Shown here piece by piece: positions 30,942 through 39,309 of a stretch of DNA of 64,000 nucleotides. This stretch comes from Thermoanaerobaculia bacterium (GTDB lineage Bacteria; Acidobacteriota; Thermoanaerobaculia; UBA5066): positions 512,001-576,000 of the forward strand of contig CAWFJJ010000025.1 of NCBI GenBank assembly GCA_963816185.1. The letters are read 5' to 3'. A model generated the notes under the pieces. That model ran no database searches. It saw nothing but the letters and a program-made list of their open reading frames with translations, and was not told where the DNA came from. Each line of letters begins with the position of its first letter. The stretch's first letter is position 1. The position numbers were made by a program, and so were the translations under genes.

Positions 30942-31361
30942 CTACCGCGCCTTCGTTTCCTTCCGCGCCGCGCGATTGAGTGCCTCGTCGAACGACGAAA
31001 AGCGGATCTGTCGCACGCCGTTTCCATACAGAGAGAGGTAGGACGCGAGGTGAAGGCTGTCGAAGCCGCGGAGATGATGCTTCTCGGCGAGGTCTCCGGC
31101 GTTGCGGTAGACCGCCTCGCTGACTTCGACGGCCAGGTACCTCGGCCAATCCAACTCGAGGTCGTTTTTCGCCTGCCCGAACCCCGCGAACGTCAGCCCG
31201 CCCGCGCGTCGCTGGCGAGCGAGGGCCGCCCGGGCCTCGACATACGTTACGACCGACGTCGCCACGAGCTCGGCGCGCTCCACAAGATCCCGAACCAAGC
31301 GCGATCCCTGCTCCTCGACGTAGAGCTTCACCAGGCTGCTCGTATCGAGATAGGCGATCAA
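30942..31361 (-). CDS. vapC: VapC-type PIN-domain toxin
   Basis: YLDTSSLVKLYVEE, VEARAAL, LRGFDSLHLAS, FDEAL; TTG start overlaps the antitoxin stop. Confidence 0.88.
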   Translation of the reverse strand: MIAYLDTSSLVKLYVEEQGSRLVRDLVERAELVATSVVTYVEARAALARQRRAGGLTFAGFGQAKNDLELDWPRYLAVEVSEAVYRNAGDLAEKHHLRGFDSLHLASYLSLYGNGVRQIRFSSFDEALNRAARKETKAR

Positions 31362-31630
31362 CGACGATCCTCGAGGACCATCTCCGCGGTCGTTTTCCTC
31401 CCTTTCAGCGCCGCAGCCCGTACGCTCCCCCGGGGCTTGCCTCCGCTCCAGCTCGCGATCCTCCCGCGAACGAGGTCCCACCCCCATTTTGCCTCGTCCG
31501 TTTCCTCGATCGGCGTCAGAGCGGCAAGGGGCTCACCCCGATCCGTGACCACGATTCGTTCGCCCTCTCCGGCCCGTCTCAAGTAATCGCTCAAGTGGTC
31601 CTTGAGGACCCTCACCCCGACACGCGTCAT
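31358..31630 (-). CDS. Phd/YefM family antitoxin
   Basis: VGVRVLKDHLSDYLRRAGEGERIVVTDRGEPLAAL; AGGAGG RBS. Confidence 0.9.
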   Translation of the reverse strand: MTRVGVRVLKDHLSDYLRRAGEGERIVVTDRGEPLAALTPIEETDEAKWGWDLVRGRIASWSGGKPRGSVRAAALKGRKTTAEMVLEDRR

Positions 31631-31644
31631 TAGAGACTTCCTCC

Positions 31645-31677
31645 TGTGGCCACTAGCATATTACATTTGCGGCCACA
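31645..31677. promoter_or_regulatory. TA autoregulatory operator (two near-palindromes)
   Basis: TGTGGCCACT and TGCGGCCACA flank a -10-like TAATAT on the minus strand. Confidence 0.55.
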
Positions 31678-31701
31678 TTCGACCCGAGGCGAATCGGCGG
31701 G

Positions 31702-33648
31702 TCAGGTTGCCCGCACGAGCCGCACGCGGCAGTCCAGGTACGCGGCGCCCTCACCCGCATCCGTCGTGCGCGCCCGGACGAGCGCGTTCGCGGAGGTGCC
31801 GCTGTCGTAGTGGCCGCCCTTCGGGACGATGACGACGTCGCGGCGCTGGCCCTCGTCCAGCTTCAGGCGGACGCGCAGGCGCCCGAGGGCGCTCTCGAGG
31901 AAAACGACGTCGCCGTCGGCGAAGCCGTTCGCGGCGCCGGGATGGCAGGTGGCGGTCAGGATGTCGGGCGCCCCGCCCGCCCATTGAGAGCTCTGCGACT
32001 TCTCGGTCGAGTTGGAGAAGAGCCAGAGGGGGAAGCCCGGCTCGTCGGGCGGGACGGGCGGCATCTCGTGGACGAGCTTCATCTTGCCGGACGCGGTGGG
32101 AAACTTGCGATCTTCGAAGAGGACCTTTTCGACGAGAGGGTTGCGGACGGATTCGCGCTCGAGTCTTGCTGCGGTCAGGCCGAGCGGCGCGACTCGTGCG
32201 AGCAGCCGCTCTTTCCAATCCCGGGCCGTCCCTCTTACCTTCTCAGAAATCTTCTCTTCTCTTTCTCCGGTTCTTTCGTCGATGGCCTTCGCGAGCGCCT
32301 GGACGATCTCGAGATCCGACAAAACGCCCTGGGGCGGCGCGAGCGCGGGAGTCGAGGCCCCGAGCCAGTGGTTACCGTAGGCGCCGAGGAGGTCGTCGTC
32401 TTCCACGAGCGTCGTCGTGGGGAGGACGAAGTGCGCGCGGCGGCCCGTGTCCGTCAGGAACGGATCCACGACGACGACCAGCTCTCGCGTCTCGAGAGCG
32501 CGTGCCACCGTTCCCGACTCCGGCAGCATCGCGACGGGGTTCCCTGCGGTGACCCAGACCGCGCGGACGGGCGGGTCCTTCGCCTCGAGAATGCCCGGGC
32601 CGAGAAGCGGCTCGGAGATCGTGCGGGGCGGATTCTTCTTCAGAAACGACGTGTCGAACGCGCCGCGCCTCTTGAAGTAGAACGACACGCCGCCGCCGGA
32701 GATACCGATGTTCCCGCTGACTCCCGAGAGCGCGTCGAGCGCCCGCACGATGCCCGAGCCGTTCATCCGCCGGCCCATCCCCCAACCCACCTGGATCGAG
32801 CAGGGTTTCCCCGCGAGCGCCGAGGCGACGGCCGAGACGTCCTCGATGCTCACGTCGGCGGCACGCGCCCAGGCGCCGGGGGAGCGCGACGAGGCCAGCG
32901 CCCGGAACTTCTCGAAGCCGTCGCAATAAGAGGGCGCGTCCAGGTCCACCTGCCCGCGCTCGAAGAGGAGCGCGGCGGCCCCCATCGCGAGATCGAAGTC
33001 GCCGCCGGGGCGGACGAGGATCGTCCGGTCGGCGATCTTCGCGCCCTTGTGTCGAACGGGGTCGATGAGGAGGATCCGCGTCCCCGCCTTCTTCGCCTTC
33101 TGGAGGAGAGGCAGGATGTGGATGTTCGAGACGTTCGGGTTCTTGCCCCAGAGGAGGATGTTCTTCGAGCTCAGGATGTCGAAGAGATCGTGCGACTCCT
33201 CTTCGCCGAAGTCGGTCGTCTGCGCCGCGTCGCCGCCGCCTGAGCAGATGTCTCCTCGCTTGACCGTGACCGGCCCGAACAGCTCCCAGAAATAATCCAC
33301 CACGGACTTGAGGAGTCCGAGCGATCCGCCCGACCGGTAGTGGAGGATCGCGGCCGGTCCGGATTCCTTCCGGATCGCGAGCAAGAGGTCGGCGATCGTG
33401 CCGAGCGCTTCGTCCCACGTCACCTCGGCGAAATCCTTCCCGCGGCGCATGAGCGGCTTCGTGAGACGCTCCTTCGAGTTCTGCATCTCGGGAAAATTCG
33501 ACGTGCGAGTGCAGATGAAGCCCTGCGTGACCGGATGGTCCGGATCGCCTCCGAGGGAGACGAGCCTTCCGTCCTCGACGGTTGCGATCAGGCCGCACGC
33601 GTCGGGGCAGTCCCGGTTGCAGACAGTCCGGAGAGTCTCGATCGCCAT
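31702..33648 (-). CDS. Molybdopterin (bis-MGD) oxidoreductase
   Basis: CNRDCPDAC..C Fe-S motif, WDEAL, WGKNP, VDPFLTDT, C-terminal molydop-binding domain. Confidence 0.9.
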   Translation of the reverse strand: MAIETLRTVCNRDCPDACGLIATVEDGRLVSLGGDPDHPVTQGFICTRTSNFPEMQNSKERLTKPLMRRGKDFAEVTWDEALGTIADLLLAIRKESGPAAILHYRSGGSLGLLKSVVDYFWELFGPVTVKRGDICSGGGDAAQTTDFGEEESHDLFDILSSKNILLWGKNPNVSNIHILPLLQKAKKAGTRILLIDPVRHKGAKIADRTILVRPGGDFDLAMGAAALLFERGQVDLDAPSYCDGFEKFRALASSRSPGAWARAADVSIEDVSAVASALAGKPCSIQVGWGMGRRMNGSGIVRALDALSGVSGNIGISGGGVSFYFKRRGAFDTSFLKKNPPRTISEPLLGPGILEAKDPPVRAVWVTAGNPVAMLPESGTVARALETRELVVVVDPFLTDTGRRAHFVLPTTTLVEDDDLLGAYGNHWLGASTPALAPPQGVLSDLEIVQALAKAIDERTGEREEKISEKVRGTARDWKERLLARVAPLGLTAARLERESVRNPLVEKVLFEDRKFPTASGKMKLVHEMPPVPPDEPGFPLWLFSNSTEKSQSSQWAGGAPDILTATCHPGAANGFADGDVVFLESALGRLRVRLKLDEGQRRDVVIVPKGGHYDSGTSANALVRARTTDAGEGAAYLDCRVRLVRAT

Positions 33649-33651
33649 CTC

Positions 33652-34329
33652 CTACCCCAAGTGCGTGCGGAAGTGGGCGACGGTCCTCTGCCAGGCGTCC
33701 TTCGCGCACTCCTCCCGGTAGATGCCGGGGCGCGTGTCGTTGAAGAAGGCGTGCGGTGCGCCGCGGAAGATGATCGTCTCCACTTTCTTTCCGAGCGCCT
33801 TGAGCTTGTCCTCGAGCGGCTTCGCATCCGACGCGGGGACGCTCTCGTCCATCTCGCCGTAGATCAGGAGGATCGGGCCGGAGAGGTTCTCCCAGCGGAT
33901 TTGCACTTTTTTGAAGCCGCCGTAGAAGCTGACGGCGGCGCCCACGCTCGGGTTCGAGGTGGCGGCGTATTGCGCGAGCGCGCCGCCCACGCAGAAGCCC
34001 ACGACGCCGAAGGCCTTCGACGCGCACTCCGGCCGGTTCAGGAGATACGCGCCCGCCGCCGCGATCTCGCGGCCCGCGCGCTCGACGTCCATCTCCATCA
34101 GGAGACGCCCGGCCTCGTCCGGCGAGGTCGTCGTTTTGCCGTGATAGAGATCGGGTGCGAACGCGACGAAGCCTTCTTTCGCGAAACGGTCCGTGACATC
34201 CTGGATGTGCGGCACCAGGCCCCACCACTCCTGGATCACGACGACGGCCTGCCCCTTGCCCGACGCGGGCTTCGCGAACCACCCCTCGCCCTTCTGGCCG
34301 TTGACGGTGAAGGAGACCTTCTCGCCCAT
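33652..34329 (-). CDS. Dienelactone hydrolase family protein
   Basis: VIQEWWGL, APDLY, GFCVGG, HAFFND. Confidence 0.92.
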   Translation of the reverse strand: MGEKVSFTVNGQKGEGWFAKPASGKGQAVVVIQEWWGLVPHIQDVTDRFAKEGFVAFAPDLYHGKTTTSPDEAGRLLMEMDVERAGREIAAAGAYLLNRPECASKAFGVVGFCVGGALAQYAATSNPSVGAAVSFYGGFKKVQIRWENLSGPILLIYGEMDESVPASDAKPLEDKLKALGKKVETIIFRGAPHAFFNDTRPGIYREECAKDAWQRTVAHFRTHLG

Positions 34330-34399
34330 GTGTGCGCCCTCCTGATCGACTTGCCCGCCTCATTCTCTCCCAGGTTCCCGCGCCCTATACTCGCCCTTC

Positions 34400-36172
34400 G
34401 TGCGCCGGATTCTCGCCCTCGTGGTCGTCCTCGCCGTGGCGGCCGGCGCCGTGGCGTGCAGCCTTCTCCTGAACGGAGAGAGCTCCCGGAGGAAGGACGT
34501 CACGGGCTCCCTGTTCACGGATGTCACGAAAGAGTCCGGAGTGCGCTTTCGGTTTCACGGCGACCTCATCGACGCCAAGCTGATCCCCACGATGGGCGGC
34601 GGCGCGGCGCTCGCGGACTTCGACGGAGACGGGAACCTCGATCTCGTCCTCGTCCAGCAAGTGAAGAGCGCCACGAAATGGCGGAAGGCGGGACGGACGC
34701 AGCCCCTGGCCGAGTGCACGCGCCTCTTCCGGAACCGCGGAGACGGGACGTTCGAGGACGTGACGGAGAGATCCGGCGTTGTCGCCTGCGGATGGGGCAT
34801 CACGGCGATGTGGGCCGACCTCGACAACGACGGCTTCCCGGACCTCGTCATCGGCAATGCCGGCGAGCAGAACCTCGTCTTCCGCAACAAGGGCGACGGG
34901 ACGTTCGAGAGGATGGAGAAGACGGGCCTCGAAGGCGGCAAGTTCACGGTCGGGCTTGCCGCCCTCGACATCGACGGGGACGGGCTCCCGGACGTCTACA
35001 TCGGGAACTACCTCGAGACGGACCCCGACCGCGAATCCAAAGCCAAGCCCACGTCCTTCATGACGCCCGACGAGTACAAGGGGCAGGACAACCAGATGCT
35101 GAGAAACCTCGGCGGCTGGAAATTCGCCGACGTGACCGACGCGAGCGGCACGAGGGATCCGGGCAGCAAGACGATCGGAGCCGTCGCGCTCGACTACGAC
35201 GGCGACGGAAGAACCGATCTTTACGTCTCGAACGACCAGTGGCGCAACACGCTCTTCCACAACGAGGGCGGCGGCCGGTTCCAGGACGTGTCGGACGAGA
35301 CGGGCACGGGCTATCCCGAGGAAGGCAGCACGACCGCTTTTGGGCGGAGGACGCGCAGCGGCATGGGGCTCGTCGCGGCGGACCTCGACGGCGACGGCCG
35401 GCCCGACCTCTACGTGACGAACTACGCGAACGAGCCGAACACCCTTTATCGAAACGTCGAGGGTGCGACGTTCGCGGAGAGCGAGGTCGAGGCGTTCGGG
35501 GGCGACCGCGATCCGGTCCTCCCGCTCTCGAAGTGGGGCGTCACGGCGCTCGACTTCGACAACGACGGCAGGGACGATCTCGCGGTCTCGAGCGGCCAGA
35601 TCCTCTCCCGCTTCTTCACGGTCCTTGCGGGGTGGTTCAATCCGGCGGGTCGGAACTTCGCCGTGGGCGAGAAGAGCTACGCGCAGCGGCAGTTCCTTTT
35701 CCGCAACGAAAGCGCGCCCGGGGCGATCAAGTTTCGCGACGTCTCGGCCCAGTCCGGCGACCTCGGCCGTCTGTGCGTGGTCGGGCGCGGGCTCTCGGCC
35801 GGCGACCTCGACGGCGACGGGAAAGAAGACCTCGTCTTTAACCCGATCGACGTGGCGGCCGTCGTCCTCCGCAACACGGCGCCGGGCGGGCGCGCACTGG
35901 AGATCCTGCCGGCCGTGGGCGCGGACCGCAGGACGGTCCTCGGGACGAAAATCACGGTCGGGGGGCGCGCGAAGGAGTTCTACGTCGTGCCGTCCTACGC
36001 GAGCGGTTCATGGTTGCCGCTTCACTTTGGGCTGGGAGAGGCGACCTCGGCGCGTGTGGCCGTACGGTGGCCGGACGGAACGGCGCAGGATCTCGGCGAG
36101 CTTCCCGCCGGCGCGTACAAGCTCGTGAAGGGCCTGGCGCCCGCCCCTCTCCGCGCGAAGCCGATGAAGTGA
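34400..36172 (+). CDS. CRTAC1-like lipoprotein (FG-GAP/VCBS repeats + ASPIC/UnbV)
   Basis: Lipobox AVAC; repeated DxDGDGxxDL; LHFGLG, VRWPDG. Confidence 0.88.
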   Translation: MRRILALVVVLAVAAGAVACSLLLNGESSRRKDVTGSLFTDVTKESGVRFRFHGDLIDAKLIPTMGGGAALADFDGDGNLDLVLVQQVKSATKWRKAGRTQPLAECTRLFRNRGDGTFEDVTERSGVVACGWGITAMWADLDNDGFPDLVIGNAGEQNLVFRNKGDGTFERMEKTGLEGGKFTVGLAALDIDGDGLPDVYIGNYLETDPDRESKAKPTSFMTPDEYKGQDNQMLRNLGGWKFADVTDASGTRDPGSKTIGAVALDYDGDGRTDLYVSNDQWRNTLFHNEGGGRFQDVSDETGTGYPEEGSTTAFGRRTRSGMGLVAADLDGDGRPDLYVTNYANEPNTLYRNVEGATFAESEVEAFGGDRDPVLPLSKWGVTALDFDNDGRDDLAVSSGQILSRFFTVLAGWFNPAGRNFAVGEKSYAQRQFLFRNESAPGAIKFRDVSAQSGDLGRLCVVGRGLSAGDLDGDGKEDLVFNPIDVAAVVLRNTAPGGRALEILPAVGADRRTVLGTKITVGGRAKEFYVVPSYASGSWLPLHFGLGEATSARVAVRWPDGTAQDLGELPAGAYKLVKGLAPAPLRAKPMK

Positions 36173-36197
36173 CGTTTCTCGAGCGGTGAAGGGGGCA

Positions 36198-36287
36198 GGG
36201 GGAAACGCGACCGTGTTTCCCCCATCACTCGCAGTCGCTGTAGCCCCCCTTCCTCGGTCAGACCGCGCAGCGGTTGGGGCTACAGCG
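36198..36287. repeat. Two hairpins between convergent genes
   Basis: GGGGGAAAC..GTTTCCCCC (36198-36223) and CGCTGTAGCCCC..GGGGCTACAGCG (36236-36287). Confidence 0.7.
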
Positions 36288-37188
36288 GCGTCACGTTGAC
36301 GTCTTCGCGCCGCGCGGCCGCCTCGGCCGCGGCCACGCTGATCGCATCGACGCCGTCCGCGCTCTTCAGGCTGCCGCGCGACATGCCGAAGGCCGCGAGG
36401 AGGTGACGCGGCGGCGCAAAGTCGAGGTCGGGCTCGTTCACGAAGAGGCGTCCGAGATTCTCGACGTAGGCCGACGTCAGCTCCTTCCAGGAGATCCGGT
36501 CGAACTCCTGCGCCACTTTTCGGCTTCCGAGGGACAGGAGGACGAGCGAGTGGAAGACCATCTGGTAGATGGCCTTCAGGCGCGCGCGGCTTCTCTCGGG
36601 GTGGTGCTTCAGGATCTCGCGGATGAAGTGCACGTTGAGCGGCACGTGGAACGACTCGTCCCGCGTGAGAATCGTGAGCACCTGCCGCGCGAGAGGCTGT
36701 TTCACACGCCGGAGCGACAGCCGGTACGTCGTGGCGCCGATCGTCTCGAACATGAGGTTCGTCAGCATGATCGATTCCATGCGCTCGGCCTTCGCGTAGG
36801 TCCTGTAGAACGAGCTGACCATCCAGCCCATCTCGGTCACGGCGCCGCCGATGTGCGCGAGGAACTCGTCGAGGAGCTCGCGGTGCCAGCCCTCCTCGTT
36901 GCCGTAGAGCACGAGGCACTCGGCGAGGTCGGGATCCCACGCCCGGACTTCCTCGGCGAGCCTGTGCGCGCCGGCCTTCCCCGACTCCTCGGCGCGATAC
37001 GCCGCGTTGAAGAAGCTGATGCAGGCGAGGCGCTCTTCCTCGGACTCGAACGCGACGGGTTTCGACAGGTCGAGGCGCTCGCCGTACATCCTCTCGGCGC
37101 GTTTCTTGAGCGTCTCGAGCCACCAGGCCGTCGGGCGCTGCGTCGGGATGCCGATGAGGGTGGAAACGGAGCCTTTCGCGAGCATCAC
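36280..37188 (-). CDS. Ferritin-like di-iron protein
   Basis: AEE, NEEGWH, FE and DESFH give an E/ExxH..E/ExxH ligand pattern. Confidence 0.75.
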   Translation of the reverse strand: MMLAKGSVSTLIGIPTQRPTAWWLETLKKRAERMYGERLDLSKPVAFESEEERLACISFFNAAYRAEESGKAGAHRLAEEVRAWDPDLAECLVLYGNEEGWHRELLDEFLAHIGGAVTEMGWMVSSFYRTYAKAERMESIMLTNLMFETIGATTYRLSLRRVKQPLARQVLTILTRDESFHVPLNVHFIREILKHHPERSRARLKAIYQMVFHSLVLLSLGSRKVAQEFDRISWKELTSAYVENLGRLFVNEPDLDFAPPRHLLAAFGMSRGSLKSADGVDAISVAAAEAAARREDVNVTPL

Positions 37189-37248
37189 CGCGCGGGATGA
37201 TGCCGAAACCGCAACCGCGTCGTCAAACGGGGGAGGACCGCCCCAGCG

Positions 37249-37659
37249 TCAATGCGGCTCGACCCGGAGGTGGCCGGTGAGAACCTCGCGGCCGGGCACG
37301 AGCCGAATCTCGATGCGGAAGTCCTCGCCGGAAGAAGAGAGCCCGGGCAGGGTGAAGAAGAGGGGGAGGTTGAATCCCCGCCCGGGCTCCAGGCGGGTGG
37401 GATAGGCGAGCATCCGGCACTGGCGTGTCTGCCGGGAGCGCTCGCGGCCCTCCGAGTCGAGGAGGACCATCTCGAGGAGGGGACCCGCTTCCGTGGATCC
37501 CTCCCACGCTTGAAGGGTCTTGTTCCGGATTTCGAGGTGAAGGAGGACCTTGCCGGGCTCCGTCGCGCTCGGCACGACGACCGGCTGCGGCGCATGGAGC
37601 ATCAACGACAGCGTGACGTCGCCAGCCGGCTCTTCCTTCGGCAAGCTACTTCTCAGCAT
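37249..37659 (-). CDS. Hypothetical protein, beta-rich (possibly Ig-like)
   Basis: AAAGGAG RBS; alternating beta-strand pattern (LLHLEIRN, LEPGRGFNL). Confidence 0.6.
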   Translation of the reverse strand: MLRSSLPKEEPAGDVTLSLMLHAPQPVVVPSATEPGKVLLHLEIRNKTLQAWEGSTEAGPLLEMVLLDSEGRERSRQTRQCRMLAYPTRLEPGRGFNLPLFFTLPGLSSSGEDFRIEIRLVPGREVLTGHLRVEPH

Positions 37660-37737
37660 GTCGGTGCTCCTTTCGAGCGAAACATTCCCCAGACGCCCCT
37701 TTGGCGTAGCTGGTTCGACAAACTATCCGTGGGCGTG

Positions 37738-37893
37738 TCAGCCGATGGGTCCGACGCTCGCCCCGATGGGTCCGACGCTTGCTCCGATGGGTCCGACGCT
37801 CGCTCCCGTTCCGCGATCGATATCGCGGGAACGCGCGAATCCGCCGAATTCGAAACCGGAGAAGACGTCAAAAAACGCAAAAAGAAACGCCAT
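37738..37893 (-). CDS. 51-aa peptide with a Phe-rich leader and 3x GASVGPI repeats
   Basis: AGGAGG 4 nt before ATG 37893; all differences between the repeats are synonymous in this frame. Confidence 0.65.
   Translation of the reverse strand: MAFLFAFFDVFSGFEFGGFARSRDIDRGTGASVGPIGASVGPIGASVGPIG
37742..37804. repeat. Three tandem 21-bp repeats
   Basis: CCGATGGGTCCGACGCTYGCY x3. Confidence 0.95.
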
Positions 37894-37913
37894 ACGTCCT
37901 CCTACCCCGATCC

Positions 37914-37956
37914 GGACAGGTGTGTATTTCTCCTGCCCTTCACCTAGTAGGACAGG
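37914..37956. promoter_or_regulatory. Three alternating heptamer sites upstream of the peptide gene
   Basis: GGACAGG-N11-CCTGCCC-N11-GGACAGG. Confidence 0.45.
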
Positions 37957-37987
37957 GGACACGGGCCGTTTTGACCCCCGACGCTCG

Positions 37988-38017
37988 AAAAAACATCGGC
38001 CGCCCGAAGGCGGCCGA
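37988..38017 (-). terminator. Rho-independent terminator after the TPR gene
   Basis: TCGGCCGCC-TTCG-GGCGGCCGA followed by TGTTTTTT on the minus strand. Confidence 0.75.
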
Positions 38018-38046
38018 GTGAATTCGCGACAGATCGGTGGCTGTGT

Positions 38047-39309
38047 CTAGCCGACGAGCCTCAGCGGGCGGTACGCACGTTTAACGCCATTCTCTTCGTT
38101 CTGCAGGTACTCGCGGACGTGCGCGATGAGGTCCGCGTCGATCGTGCCCTGATCGAGGCAGACGAAGAGTTCACCGAGAGCCGGCGACGGGGAGAAGCGA
38201 GAGTCGCGTCGATCGCGACGAATGCCATCGACCTCGGCGGCCATGGCGTTCAAATTGCCGAGATGGCCGAGGCACTCGGCGACATGCAGTCGTGCGAACA
38301 GGACTTCCATCGGCGATCCTGTGATTTCAGCCTCGCGCGCGATTTCTGCGAAAGCGCGCAGCGCCTGCTGGTAGCGCTCGCGACGAAAATCGAGTTCGGC
38401 GAGACCGTTTCGTACGAAGAAAACCGTCGACGTGAAGCCATGCTTTCGAGCGAGATTCAACGCACGTGCGAAACCCGCGCGCGCCTCTTCGAATCTCTCG
38501 AGCCGGGCGAGAGCGTTTGCCCGATTGTTGAGAGTCATGGCCAGCGGCTGTGCATCACACTCGGGATCGAACGCCTTAATCGCACGATCGAGCCGGGAGA
38601 GAGCTCTCAGGTCGTCACCGCGCTGCAGGAAGAGAGTCCCGAGAGCTGCCTCCGCACGGGCCACGAGATGATCCTGCCCGAACTCCGCAAAGGACGAAAG
38701 TGCGCTCTTGAGCTTCTTCTCCGCCGAGCCGTAGTCCTTTGCGAACCCGGCCGCCTGACCTTCATAGTAGTCGCACAGAGCCTGGCCGAACCCGAGGTCT
38801 CCCGACTGCCGGAAGAACTCTCGGGCCGGCTCGATCGCCGCTCGTGCGGAATCGGCCTCGCCGACCTGCAAAAAGGCGTGAGACCTGAGGATCATCGCTT
38901 CGGCTTGGACCGCCTGTCTTGGCGCCGGCGTCGTGAGTCGGGAGTCGCGATTCACATCGAGAAGAGAGGATGCTTCCGCGAGAAGCTCATCTGCGAAATG
39001 AAGTGCGACCCTTGGATTCTCGGAAACGAGCGGCCCCGCCTTCTGTGCCGCGTACAGCAGAGCAAAGCCCCGGTAGGGCTTGCCGTCCAGCGAGCGGAGC
39101 GCGGCCGCGAGTTCGTCGGCGCCGGACCGGGCGGCATTCAGGATCAGCTCGGCGGGCTTCTCGGCGTCCTGTGAAAGCTGGTAAATCTCTTCCACGGAAA
39201 CGCGAGCGTTGGCTCTCACGAAGGGGAGCGTGCGGCCCATGGCCTCGCGCGGCAGCTCGGGCACGAGCTCGCTCTCGAGGATCGCGTCGAAGACGTCATC
39301 CTTCTTCAC
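38047..39309 (-). CDS. TPR-repeat protein (about 420 aa)
   Basis: Helical repeats (ARAEAALGTLFLQRGD, AMTLNNRANALARLERFEEA); GTG 39309 overlaps the upstream stop (GTGA). Confidence 0.75.
   Translation of the reverse strand: MKKDDVFDAILESELVPELPREAMGRTLPFVRANARVSVEEIYQLSQDAEKPAELILNAARSGADELAAALRSLDGKPYRGFALLYAAQKAGPLVSENPRVALHFADELLAEASSLLDVNRDSRLTTPAPRQAVQAEAMILRSHAFLQVGEADSARAAIEPAREFFRQSGDLGFGQALCDYYEGQAAGFAKDYGSAEKKLKSALSSFAEFGQDHLVARAEAALGTLFLQRGDDLRALSRLDRAIKAFDPECDAQPLAMTLNNRANALARLERFEEARAGFARALNLARKHGFTSTVFFVRNGLAELDFRRERYQQALRAFAEIAREAEITGSPMEVLFARLHVAECLGHLGNLNAMAAEVDGIRRDRRDSRFSPSPALGELFVCLDQGTIDADLIAHVREYLQNEENGVKRAYRPLRLVG

Noticed and set aside
30942-31677. vapBC as a new defence system
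   Set aside because: Ordinary Phd/PIN type II toxin-antitoxin pair.
34600-35830. Repeated GACGGCGACGG-like motifs
   Set aside because: They encode FG-GAP calcium-binding DxDGDG repeats.
37742-37804. 21-bp repeats as a mini CRISPR array or iterons
   Set aside because: The repeats are contiguous with no spacers, no cas or rep gene is nearby, and the variation fits a coding repeat.
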